41,708 bases of DNA from Candidatus Agathobaculum intestinigallinarum (GTDB taxonomy: Bacteria > Bacillota > Clostridia > Oscillospirales > Butyricicoccaceae), in NCBI GenBank assembly GCA_019119515.1, contig DWWW01000068.1, forward strand, positions 1 to 41,708, given 5' to 3'. This document shows, piece by piece, positions 10,285 through 18,963 of the stretch. Made by a program: the position numbers and the translations under genes. Position 1 is the first letter of the stretch, and every line of letters starts with the position of its first letter. The notes beneath the pieces are model-generated. The model saw only the letters and a program-made list of their open reading frames with translations. It made no database searches and was not told where the DNA came from.

Positions 10285-11208
10285 TTACTCGCCTAACATG
10301 GTTCCTTTATCGATCGCATGGCCGCGCAGGAAGTCTGCGCTCTTCATGCGCTTGCCGCCCACGAGCTGCACTTCATGCAGCGCGAGCGCGCCCGCGCCGC
10401 AGGCAACGGTGAGGCCCTTCTTGGGGTCGCTCTCGAGCACCTCGCCCGGTTTGCCTGTGCCGGGAACCGGCTCGGCGGCGTAGATTTTGAGCCGCGCGCC
10501 GGCGAGTGTGGTCAGCGCAATCGGCCAGGGGCTCAGCCCGCGGATCAGGCAGTCGATCTCGTGCGCGGATTTGGTCCAGTCGATGACCGCCATCTGCTTA
10601 TCCAGCATATGCGCGTAGCAGCTCTGGCTGTCGTCCTGCGGACGCGGCGTGATGCTGTCCAGCTTTTCCAGCGTTTCCACCAGCAGCGCCGCGCCCGCCT
10701 GCGCGAGCCGGTCAAACAGCTCGCCCGCGGTCTCCCGCGCGCCGATTTCGGTCTCGTAGGTCAGCAGCATGTCGCCCGTGTCCAGCCCCTCGGCCATCTG
10801 CATGGTGGTCACGCCCGCCTTTTGGTCGCCCGCAATGATCGACCACTGGATGGGCGCCGCGCCGCGCCAGCGCGGCAGCAGCGAACCGTGGACGTTGATG
10901 CACCCGCGCGGCGGGATATCGAGCACTGCCTTCGGCAGCAGCTTGCCGTACGCCACGACGATGATGGCCTCGGGCGCGAGCGCGCGCAGTTTTGCCTGCT
11001 CGTCCTCGTTTTTGAGCGTCGCAGGCTGGTAAACCGGGATACCCTGCTGCAAAGCGAGTTCCTTGACCGGCGGGGCGGTCAGAACCTGCTTGCGGCCCTG
11101 CGGCTTGTCAGGCTGGGTGTACACCGCGCACACCTCATGCCCCGCGTCGAGGAGGGCTTGTAAACTCGGCACGGCGAAGTCCGGCGTGCCCATGAATACG
11201 ATTTTCAT
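10285..11208 (-). CDS. fmt: Methionyl-tRNA formyltransferase
   Basis: FMGTPDFA, INVHGSLLPRWRGAAPI and LDTGD motifs. Confidence 0.97.
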   Translation of the reverse strand: MKIVFMGTPDFAVPSLQALLDAGHEVCAVYTQPDKPQGRKQVLTAPPVKELALQQGIPVYQPATLKNEDEQAKLRALAPEAIIVVAYGKLLPKAVLDIPPRGCINVHGSLLPRWRGAAPIQWSIIAGDQKAGVTTMQMAEGLDTGDMLLTYETEIGARETAGELFDRLAQAGAALLVETLEKLDSITPRPQDDSQSCYAHMLDKQMAVIDWTKSAHEIDCLIRGLSPWPIALTTLAGARLKIYAAEPVPGTGKPGEVLESDPKKGLTVACGAGALALHEVQLVGGKRMKSADFLRGHAIDKGTMLGE

Positions 11209-11708
11209 TCTGCGTCTTCCTCTTCGTCCCCGCGCTGGAGCTCATCCATGTCCACATACTCCTCCACCTTTTCGGTGAACAGGTGGCCGTCCAGATGCTC
11301 GGTCTCGTGGCAGAAGCACTGCGCGACAACGCCCTCGCCCTCGCGCTCGAACCAGTTGCCGTCGCGGTCCTGCGCGCGGATCTTGGCCCAGGTCGGGCGG
11401 GTGACGTAGCCGTACACGCCCGGTACGGACAGGCAGCCCTCGACGATGCGCTGCTCGCCGCGCTGCTCGATCACCTCGGGGTTGACCAGCTCGACCACTT
11501 CCTCCGGGTCCTTGTTGATGTCCAGCAGCACGACCACGCGGCGCAGCACGCCGACCTGCGGCGCGGCAAGGCCGACGCCGCCCGAGTTCTCGAGCGTCTC
11601 GCGCATGTCGTCGATCAGGGTGTGCAGGCGGGCGTCGAATTTCTCCACCTTGCGGCTGTGCTTCAAAAGCTGCTCGTCGCCCTGGGTTAAAATGTTGCGA
11701 AGTGCCAT
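11205..11708 (-). CDS. def: Peptide deformylase
   Basis: GVGLAAPQ, EGCLS and HETEHLDG motifs. Confidence 0.97.
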   Translation of the reverse strand: MALRNILTQGDEQLLKHSRKVEKFDARLHTLIDDMRETLENSGGVGLAAPQVGVLRRVVVLLDINKDPEEVVELVNPEVIEQRGEQRIVEGCLSVPGVYGYVTRPTWAKIRAQDRDGNWFEREGEGVVAQCFCHETEHLDGHLFTEKVEEYVDMDELQRGDEEEDAE

Positions 11709-11709
11709 G

Positions 11710-12321
11710 TCAATTCAGTCCTCCATCATTCAGCATTTCCGTGTAGGTTTGTAAACATTCCTGTATTTTTTGCGCATCCAGCTGCGGGAAGGGGATCACG
11801 GGCTGCGCCGCGCCGTCCCCGCCGAGCCGTTTTTCAAACCAGCCGACGTCGTGCCAGCCGTCAAACTTCCAGCCCGAGCCGTGCCACACGCCCACGAGCG
11901 AAAAGCCGAGCTTTTCGTGCAGCTTTTGGCTTTTCTCGTTCGGCAGGGTGACGCAGCCGTAGAGAATCCGCAGATTCTGCATCGCGAGCAGGTCGATCAG
12001 GCAGCGGTACAGCGCCGTGCCGACGCCCTGCCCCTGCGCCGTGGGCGCAAGGTAGATGGACAGCTCAGCCGCCCAGTCGTACGCCGCGCGCTCGCGGATG
12101 CGGTGCGCATAGGCGTAGCCGACCGGCTTGCCGTCCCGCTCGCACACGAGGTAGGGGTGCAAAGCCGCGGTTTCCCCGATGCGCGCGGCGAATTCCTCCG
12201 CCGTGGGCACGTCGTATTCAAACGTGATGACCGTATCTCGGATGTACGGCGCGTAAATGTCCAGCAAAGCGGCCGCGTCGCGCTCCGCCGCCTGCCGGAT
12301 GGTATAATCGGGTCGTTTCAC
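11710..12321 (-). CDS. GNAT acetyltransferase, phosphinothricin/methionine-sulfoximine acetyltransferase family
   Basis: ITFEY, GYAYA, R.RAAY.W, QGQGVG, N..S..LHEKLGF and G.KF..WHDV motifs; GTG start at 12321 after GAGG. Confidence 0.88.
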   Translation of the reverse strand: MKRPDYTIRQAAERDAAALLDIYAPYIRDTVITFEYDVPTAEEFAARIGETAALHPYLVCERDGKPVGYAYAHRIRERAAYDWAAELSIYLAPTAQGQGVGTALYRCLIDLLAMQNLRILYGCVTLPNEKSQKLHEKLGFSLVGVWHGSGWKFDGWHDVGWFEKRLGGDGAAQPVIPFPQLDAQKIQECLQTYTEMLNDGGLN

Positions 12322-12339
12322 TTGGTTTCCTCGCTTTTC

Positions 12340-12374
12340 AATGGAAAATGGAGAATGAAGAATGGAAAATTGCG
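12340..12374. repeat. Heptamer tandem repeat, (AATGGAR)n-like
   Basis: AATGGAA AATGGAG AATGAAG AATGGAA AATTGCG. Confidence 0.8.
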
Positions 12375-12423
12375 CGGCGCGTCCTGTGCGCGGCACCTCC
12401 GTTCCTCTTGCTTCTCCCATCCC

Positions 12424-12607
12424 GCGCGCCTCCGGCGCGCATTAAATAGGAAATTGCGGCATGCCGCAATTTCCATCAAAAGTCAGGACATGCGCCTGAC
12501 TTTTGATACCCCGACCCAGCCGCCTTGGGCGGCGTCCGGGGGTATCGGGACGCGGTTTCTGCCGGAACCGCGTCCCGTATATAGGGGGTATTGGATACCC
12601 CCTATAC
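12424..12607. repeat. Modular palindromic element, copy A (six hairpins)
   Basis: Same hairpin order as 40243-40423; 30-bp identical core GATACCCCGACCCAGCCGCCTTGGGCGGCG (12505-12534 = 40320-40349). Confidence 0.9.
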
Positions 12608-15061
12608 TCACAGGTCCGGGTTCTCATCCGCAAACACGGTCACGCCCCGGTTCTTGCTGTCCTGCATGAATTCGCGGATCACGCCCGCGATCAGCGAGCG
12701 CCAGCGCGCATTGCTGTCCGCGCGCATGGTCAGGTGATAGCGGTAGCGCCCCATGACCTTGACCACCTGCGCCGCGGCCGGGCCCAGAACCGGCGCCTTG
12801 ACGTCCGCATACTGCCCTTCCATCAGGCTTTGCAGGCGGGTCTTGAGCGCAATGAGGCTTTTGAGCACCTGCTGCTCGACCTCGCCCACCGCGGTCAGCA
12901 CGGTCAGCCCGCACACCGGCGGACACTGGAGCGCCTGCCGCGTCTCCATCTCGCGCTCGTAGAACGCCTCGTAGTCCTGCCGCGCCGCAGTCAGGATGAC
13001 CGGATGGGTCGGGCTGTAGGTCTGGATGACCGCCTTGCCCGTGTCGAAACGCCGCCCCGCGCGCCCCACGACCTGCGTGATGAGCGAAAACGTGCGCTCG
13101 CGGGCGCGGTAGTCCTGCGCATACAGGCTCTGGTCCGCGTCCAGCACGCCCACCAGCGTGACGTTCTCAAAATCCAGCCCCTTGGTCACCATCTGCGTGC
13201 CGAGCAGGATATCGGCTTCGCCCCTGGCGAACTGCGACAGCAGCTTTTCGTGCGCGCCCTTGGTGTGCATGGTGTCCGCGTCCATGCGCAGCACACGCGC
13301 GGACGGGAACTTTTCGTGCAGCTCCTGCTCGACCTTCTGCGTGCCGGGCGTTTCGGTGAACAGGCTTTCGCCGCCGCACACCGGGCATTTGCCCGTGATC
13401 TTGACCGACGCGCCGCAGTAGTGGCACATCGCGCGGCCGGACACCGAGTGGTAGGTCATGCTCGTCGAGCAGGAGGGACACTCGGGCACCCATCCGCACA
13501 GCGCGCAGCCGATCACGCGGCTGTTGCCGCGCCGGTTGAGGAACAATATCGCCTGCCGGCCCTTGTCCAGCGTGTCGATCAGCTCGCTTTCGAGCTGCGG
13601 GCCGATCACGCCCGTGCGCCCCTCGCGCACGAGGCCGCGCATATCTGAAATCAGCACATCGGGCAGCCCGGCGCCGAGAAAACGCTCGCTCAGCCGGAAC
13701 ACCGGGTATTTTCCCTGCTTTGCGCCGTAATACGTCTCAACCGAGGGCGTCGCGGAGCCGAGCACGAGCAGCGCGTTCTGCTGGGCGACGCGGTATTTCG
13801 CCACATCGCGCGCGTGGTAGCGCGGCGACTGCTCGGAACGGTACGCGCCATCCTGTTCTTCATCGATAATCAGCACGCCGAGGTTTTCCACCGGCGCGAA
13901 CACCGCCGAGCGCGTGCCGATCACGACGCGCGCGCGGCCGGATTTGACCTTTTTGAAGCTGTCGTACCGCTCGCCGACGGACAAAGCCGAGTGCATGACC
14001 GCGACCTCGTCGCCAAACTGCGCCGCGAACTGCCGCAGCACCTGCGGCGTCAGCCCGATCTCGGGCACGAGCACGATCGCGCTTTTGCCCTGCCCCAGCG
14101 CCTTTTCGATCAGCTTTAAGTAGACCTGCGTCTTGCCGCTGCCGGTCACGCCGAACAGCAGCGCGGCGCGCGGCGCATCCTCGTCCATGAGCGCGGCAAT
14201 GCCGTCATAAACCTGCTGCTGCGCGGCGCTGAGTACAGGCGGCGCGGCCCGCTCCACCTCGGAAAAGTCCGGCGTGCGCAGGCGCTCCTCATAGTGCTCG
14301 CGCAGAATGCCCTTTTTGACCATGTCGCGCAGCGCGGCGTCCGACACGCCGGTCATGTAGACAAGCTCCTTCTGGCTCATCCAGCCGCCGTCCGCGAGCA
14401 CGGAAACAACGTCCATGCGGGCGGGGCTGCGGCGGCTGATGCGCGCCATCGCTTCGCCCGCTTCCATGTCCAGCGAGAGCATTTTCTCGGTTTTATCGTT
14501 TGATTTCTGCGAGGTGTTGCTGTGATAGGTAAGCACGCCCTCGCCCGCGAGCGCGTCCAGCACGCGGGTGACGCTTTTGCCGCCCAGCCGCTGCCGGATG
14601 TCGGAAAGCGCGATCGTCTGCCCCGGCCGGTCGAACAGCGCGAGCACCGCGCCCGCCTCGCCCTCGCGCGCCTGCAAGGCTGCAAGATCGGCGTCCGGCG
14701 CGAGGGTATAGGTCTCGCTGCGCTTGAACCACAGCCCGGCGGGCAGCATGACGCGCACGCAGTCAAAGTAGGTGCAGTACAGCCGCTCGCGCATCCAGGC
14801 GGCGAGTTTGAGCTGCTCCGCCGTCAGAACCGGCGCATCGTCCAGCACCTCGACGATGGGCTTGAGCTTGTATTCGCCGGCATCCTGCCGGAACGCCAGC
14901 ACGACCGCTTCCGCCCGTTTATTGCCAAAGCCGAACGGCACGAGAACGCGGGTGCCAATCTGCACCTGTTCCCGCAGCTCGTCCGGCACACGGTAGGAAT
15001 ATAGCTTGTCGATCGCATAGGTCGCCGCGTCCACAGCGACCGCGCAGATTGGTTCGGTCAA
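12608..15061 (-). CDS. priA: Primosomal protein N' helicase
   Basis: GVTGSGKT, DEEQD, GSATPS and LNRRG motifs; four CxxC; TTG start. Confidence 0.97.
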   Translation of the reverse strand: MTEPICAVAVDAATYAIDKLYSYRVPDELREQVQIGTRVLVPFGFGNKRAEAVVLAFRQDAGEYKLKPIVEVLDDAPVLTAEQLKLAAWMRERLYCTYFDCVRVMLPAGLWFKRSETYTLAPDADLAALQAREGEAGAVLALFDRPGQTIALSDIRQRLGGKSVTRVLDALAGEGVLTYHSNTSQKSNDKTEKMLSLDMEAGEAMARISRRSPARMDVVSVLADGGWMSQKELVYMTGVSDAALRDMVKKGILREHYEERLRTPDFSEVERAAPPVLSAAQQQVYDGIAALMDEDAPRAALLFGVTGSGKTQVYLKLIEKALGQGKSAIVLVPEIGLTPQVLRQFAAQFGDEVAVMHSALSVGERYDSFKKVKSGRARVVIGTRSAVFAPVENLGVLIIDEEQDGAYRSEQSPRYHARDVAKYRVAQQNALLVLGSATPSVETYYGAKQGKYPVFRLSERFLGAGLPDVLISDMRGLVREGRTGVIGPQLESELIDTLDKGRQAILFLNRRGNSRVIGCALCGWVPECPSCSTSMTYHSVSGRAMCHYCGASVKITGKCPVCGGESLFTETPGTQKVEQELHEKFPSARVLRMDADTMHTKGAHEKLLSQFARGEADILLGTQMVTKGLDFENVTLVGVLDADQSLYAQDYRARERTFSLITQVVGRAGRRFDTGKAVIQTYSPTHPVILTAARQDYEAFYEREMETRQALQCPPVCGLTVLTAVGEVEQQVLKSLIALKTRLQSLMEGQYADVKAPVLGPAAAQVVKVMGRYRYHLTMRADSNARWRSLIAGVIREFMQDSKNRGVTVFADENPDL

Positions 15062-15109
15062 AAGCTATACTCCTTTCTCTGTTTATGAAAATTGCTGTGC
15101 ATATAACTC

Positions 15110-15415
15110 CGCGCCGCAGCGCGTATTTAATAGAAAATTGCGGCAAACCGCAATTGCTCTCATTCGAATGCCGCAGGCGGCAATTTCAAGGATAGAGGGC
15201 TACGGCCTCATAAAAACCCGCGACACAAGGTGAATTGACGCGAAGCGTCAAGAGAGGGTGGCCTGGGCCATGTGCGTGGGTTTGCTCTCATTAAATCGCC
15301 GCCCAGCGGCGGAATAAGGATAGAGGCCTATAGGCTATACAAACCGATACCAAGTGTGCCCATCGGGCGCGCGCAGGTATCGGAAATTTTCAATTGAAAC
15401 TGTAGTTTCAATTGA
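15110..15415. repeat. Modular palindromic element, copy B (internal 128-bp tandem unit and nested cassette)
   Basis: Shares CGCGCCGCAGCGCG..ATTTAATAG, ATACAAACCGAT..GTATCGGAA and TTGAAACTGTAGTTTCAA with 33111-33301, AAATTGCGGCA..CCGCAATT with 12451-12471, and the cassette with 17958-17999. Confidence 0.85.
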
Positions 15416-16616
15416 GTTGCGCCTGCTGCATTGCCAGCAGGCGGTCCAGAATGATATCCGCAAGGTCCTCCTTGCTCATCAACGGCGGCGTTTCCCGCCG
15501 TCCGTCCGCAAACAGCAGCGTTGCGACGTTGGTATCCGTGCCGAAGCCCGCGCCCTTGTCGCGCAGCGAGTTCGCCACCAGCATATCGCAGTTTTTGCGG
15601 CGCAGCTTATCCGCCGCGTTGTCCAGCAGGTTCTGCGTCTCCATCGCAAACCCGCACAGCAGCTGGCCGGGGTGCTTGCGCCGCCCCAGCTCGGCCAGAA
15701 TATCCGGATTGCGCGCCAGCGCGACCGTCAGCTCGCCGTCGCCCTTTTTGAGCTTTTCCGGCGCGGTCTCCGCCGGGCGGTAGTCGCCCACCGCAGCCGC
15801 CTTGATGACCATATCCTGCCGGTCCGCACGGGAAATCACTGCGTCGTACATATCGCGCGCGGAGATAATGTCCACCCGTTGTACGCCCTCGGGTGCCGCC
15901 AGCGCGGTCGGGCCGGAGACCAGCGTCACATCCGCGCCGCGCATGGCTGCGCGCGCCGCGATCGCATAGCCCATCTTGCCCGTCGAGTGGTTGGACAAAA
16001 AGCGCACCGGGTCCATCGCCTCCTGCGTCGGCCCGGCGGTCACCAGAATGCGCTGGCCGCGCAGGTCCTGCGGGGTGAGCGCTTTTTCGATGCCGTGCAT
16101 GAGCGTGGGCGTGTCCGGCAGCTTGCCGCGGCCGGTGTCGCCGCAGGCGAGATGCCCCGCCGCGGGATCAACGATATGGAAGCCCCGCTCGCGCAGGGTC
16201 TGTAAATTCTGCTGGGTCACCGGGTTGTCGTACATGCCGGTGTTCATCGCCGGCGCGACCACGACCGGCGCCTTGGTTGCGAGCAGCGTGGTCGTCACCA
16301 TGTCGTCCGCGATGCCATGCGCCGCCTTGGCGATCACATTCGCGGTCGCAGGCGCGATCACAAACACATCCGCGGCTTTGGCCAGCGAGACATGCTCGAC
16401 CTCCCACGCGAAGTTGCGGTCGAACGTGTCCACCACCGTGCGGTAGCCGGACAGCGTCTCGAACGTCATCGGGGAGATGAACTGCGTGGCCGATTCGGTC
16501 ATCAGCACGCGCACGGCCGCCCCGGCCTGACGCAGCTTGCTGGTCAGGTCCGCGGCCTTGTAGGCTGCGATGCCGCCCGTGACGCACAGGACGACCGTTT
16601 TCCCTGCCAAACGCAT
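15408..16616 (-). CDS. coaBC: Phosphopantothenoylcysteine decarboxylase/ligase
   Basis: GGIAAYK, PAMNTGM, LACGDTGRG, DPVRFLSNHSTGKMG and GFAMET motifs. Confidence 0.97.
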   Translation of the reverse strand: MRLAGKTVVLCVTGGIAAYKAADLTSKLRQAGAAVRVLMTESATQFISPMTFETLSGYRTVVDTFDRNFAWEVEHVSLAKAADVFVIAPATANVIAKAAHGIADDMVTTTLLATKAPVVVAPAMNTGMYDNPVTQQNLQTLRERGFHIVDPAAGHLACGDTGRGKLPDTPTLMHGIEKALTPQDLRGQRILVTAGPTQEAMDPVRFLSNHSTGKMGYAIAARAAMRGADVTLVSGPTALAAPEGVQRVDIISARDMYDAVISRADRQDMVIKAAAVGDYRPAETAPEKLKKGDGELTVALARNPDILAELGRRKHPGQLLCGFAMETQNLLDNAADKLRRKNCDMLVANSLRDKGAGFGTDTNVATLLFADGRRETPPLMSKEDLADIILDRLLAMQQAQLN

Positions 16617-16619
16617 CGC

Positions 16620-17006
16620 TTACCGGTCCTCTTCCGGCACGTCGCCGTCGTCCAGCTCGTGATCGTCGAACTCGTCGATGCGGTGGTCTTCGTCCTCGTT
16701 CTCCTCGTCCGCAGCAGCCTCGTGCTGCTCGTCCTCGTCCATCACGACCGAGTCGTCCACGTCCACCATCGCAGCGGCGATCGGGTTGTTCTGCACGATC
16801 ACCGGCTCGGTGCGCGGGCCGGGACGATAGACGATCTCGCCGGCCGCGATCTCGTCCAGCGCCAGCTTGACCGCCTTATCCGGCAGCTGCTCGCCGCTCT
16901 CCTCGGCCTGATCGGCAATGTCGCGGGCGCGCTGCGCGGCCAGATTGACCAGCAGATAGCGGTTGCCCACACGTTTCATCAAATCCTGCATGGAAGGTTT
17001 CAGCAT
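16620..17006 (-). CDS. rpoZ: RNA polymerase omega subunit with acidic C-terminal extension
   Basis: MLKPS..L...VGNRYLLV..AAQRAR and KAVKLALDEI motifs; position between gmk and coaBC. Confidence 0.92.
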   Translation of the reverse strand: MLKPSMQDLMKRVGNRYLLVNLAAQRARDIADQAEESGEQLPDKAVKLALDEIAAGEIVYRPGPRTEPVIVQNNPIAAAMVDVDDSVVMDEDEQHEAAADEENEDEDHRIDEFDDHELDDGDVPEEDR

Positions 17007-17062
17007 TGTAATCCAATCTCCTTATATTACCCTTTGTATTATTTATGATAGAATTGCGTGGA

Positions 17063-17623
17063 TTATGCACGCCGCGCGGCGAGGATTCCCTGAATCTCGC
17101 GCACCGCGCGGTCGATCTCGTCGTTGACCACGACGTAATCAAACTTATCCTGATGCTTGAGCTCCTCTTTTGCGGTCTCAAGGCGCTTTTGCACCTTTTC
17201 CTCGTCCTCGGTGCCGCGGCCGCGCAGGCGCGCGGCGAGCTCCTCGAAGGACGGCGGCGCGATGAACACCATCACCGCGTCCGGGCGCTTTTCGTGCACC
17301 TGCATCGCGCCCTGCACCTCGATCTCGAGGATCACGTCGTATCCCTCGTCCAGCTTTTCGTTCACCGGCGCTTCGAGCGTGCCGTAGTAATTGTCCACAT
17401 AGCGCGCGTGCTCCAAAAATGCGTTCTGCGCGATCTTTTCCTCAAAATCCGCCTTGGTGAGGAAGTAATACTGCACGCCGTCGGTCTCGCCCGGGCGCGG
17501 CGCGCGCGTGGTCGCGGAGATCGAGTAGAACAGCCTGTCGTCCTGCTCGCGCAGCAGGCCCAGCAGCGTGCCCTTGCCCGCACCGGACGGGCCGGTGAAT
17601 ACATATAACGTTCCTTTACGCAT
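17063..17623 (-). CDS. gmk: Guanylate kinase
   Basis: [25 protein letters not shown] and RGRGTE motifs; start MRKGTL at 17623. Confidence 0.97.
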   Translation of the reverse strand: MRKGTLYVFTGPSGAGKGTLLGLLREQDDRLFYSISATTRAPRPGETDGVQYYFLTKADFEEKIAQNAFLEHARYVDNYYGTLEAPVNEKLDEGYDVILEIEVQGAMQVHEKRPDAVMVFIAPPSFEELAARLRGRGTEDEEKVQKRLETAKEELKHQDKFDYVVVNDEIDRAVREIQGILAARRA

Positions 17624-17879
17624 CCTCGGTCTCTCCTTCCTCGCTGTCGCCCGCAAAGCGCGCGGCGACGGTCTCCGGCTGCAGCGCGCTCAGCACCACA
17701 TGGTCGCTATCCATGATGAGCACCGCACGGGTGCGGCGGCCGTAGGTGCCGTCAATCACCATGCCGCGGTCGCGCGCCTCCTGCACGGTGCGCTTGACCG
17801 GCGCGGACTCCGGGCTGACGATTGCGATCAGCCGCGACGAAGCCACCATGTTGCCGAACCCGATATTGATGAGTTTCAC
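17616..17879 (-). CDS. remA: RemA/YlzA (DUF370) family regulator
   Basis: (M)[27 protein letters not shown] and LSALQPET motifs; GTG start at 17879; between yloC and gmk. Confidence 0.93.
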   Translation of the reverse strand: MKLINIGFGNMVASSRLIAIVSPESAPVKRTVQEARDRGMVIDGTYGRRTRAVLIMDSDHVVLSALQPETVAARFAGDSEEGETEDA

Positions 17880-17904
17880 CCGTGCCGCCCCCTTAACGTT
17901 CCGT

Positions 17905-18057
17905 CTCGTTCGGAAGCACGCTTCCGAACGAATGAGTCGTATTCCAAAGCCGGGCACGGCCCAGGCCGCCCTCTCTTGACCTACGGTCAATTCACCTTGA
18001 AGCTCGACTTTGGAATGCCGCTCACAGAGCGGCTGATTACATCGCGCCAAAGGCGCG
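17905..18057. repeat. Modular palindromic element, copy C (inverted orientation, nested cassette)
   Basis: ATGCCGCTCACAGAGCGGCT is the exact reverse complement of 33140-33159. Cassette 17958-17999 matches the reverse complement of 15226-15269. Confidence 0.85.
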
Positions 18058-18069
18058 GAAATATTTGCA

Positions 18070-18945
18070 TTATTCAATGTTCTGGATCTGCTCGCGGATC
18101 TTTTCGATCTCACTCTTGATATCCACCACGATGCGCGCCATATCCACATCGTTCGCCTTGGAGCCGATCGTATTGGCCTCGCGGTTCATCTCCTGTACGA
18201 GGAAGTCCAGCTTGCGGCCGACCGGCTGGGTCTCTTTCAGCATGCCGTCCATCTGGTGCAGATGGCTGCGCAGGCGGACGGTCTCCTCGTCCACCGCGGT
18301 CTTGTCCGCGTAGATCGCCGCCTCGGTCAGGATGCGGGTCTCGTCGATGCTGGTGTCCGCCAGCACCTCCTGCATGCGCGCGAGCAGCTTTTCGCGGTAC
18401 TCCCTGACGCGCTCGGGCGAACGCGTTTCCACCTCGCCCACCATGCGCTCGATCGCGGCGCAGCGGCTGCAGACATCGTCCGCGAGCTTTTCGCCCTCGC
18501 GCAGACGCATCTCGTCAAAGCCGTCGCAGGCCTTCTGGAACACCGCGGTCACGTCGCGGATCATCTCGTCCGCGTCCTGCTCGATGCGCTCCGAGCCCAG
18601 CACGTCCGGCATCTTGGCCAGCACCGCGACAGTCACATCGTCCCGCAGGCCGTAGGTCTCGCTCAGGTCGTGCAGCGCGTCCAGATAGCGCTTTGCCAGC
18701 GCGTGGTTGACCGTGACGGCAACATCGCCGCCCTCCTCGGTCTCCACGCCGACGAAGATCTCCACCTTGCCGCGCGCGATGCGCGCCGCCGCGGCCTTTT
18801 TGACCGCATCATCCAGAAAACCATACTGGCGCGGCGCCTTGACCGTGCAGTCCAGATAGCGGTGGTTGACCGCGCGCAGCTCGACCGTGATCGTGCGGCC
18901 GTTCAGTTCTTCCTTGGCGCGGCCGTAACCGGTCATACTCTTCAT
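18070..18945 (-). CDS. yloC: YicC/YloC family endoribonuclease
   Basis: [33 protein letters not shown] and [11 protein letters not shown] motifs. Confidence 0.95.
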   Translation of the reverse strand: MKSMTGYGRAKEELNGRTITVELRAVNHRYLDCTVKAPRQYGFLDDAVKKAAAARIARGKVEIFVGVETEEGGDVAVTVNHALAKRYLDALHDLSETYGLRDDVTVAVLAKMPDVLGSERIEQDADEMIRDVTAVFQKACDGFDEMRLREGEKLADDVCSRCAAIERMVGEVETRSPERVREYREKLLARMQEVLADTSIDETRILTEAAIYADKTAVDEETVRLRSHLHQMDGMLKETQPVGRKLDFLVQEMNREANTIGSKANDVDMARIVVDIKSEIEKIREQIQNIE

Positions 18946-18963
18946 GTTGTTCGTTCCCCTTTT

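Noticed and set aside
11710-12420. N-terminal extensions in the ORF track (GNAT, remA, prs, prpC, rlmN, rsmB, desulfurase, DHFR-like)
   Set aside because: The extensions run through repeats or upstream genes; downstream starts fit family N-termini and, in most cases, an RBS.
15154-15383. Tandem glycine or SAM riboswitch
   Set aside because: CTCTCA..AAGGA.AGAG resembles only the glycine aptamer 3' end. The GGAGA and CCGAAG cores are missing, it is antisense to the operon, and its modules recur in other repeat copies.
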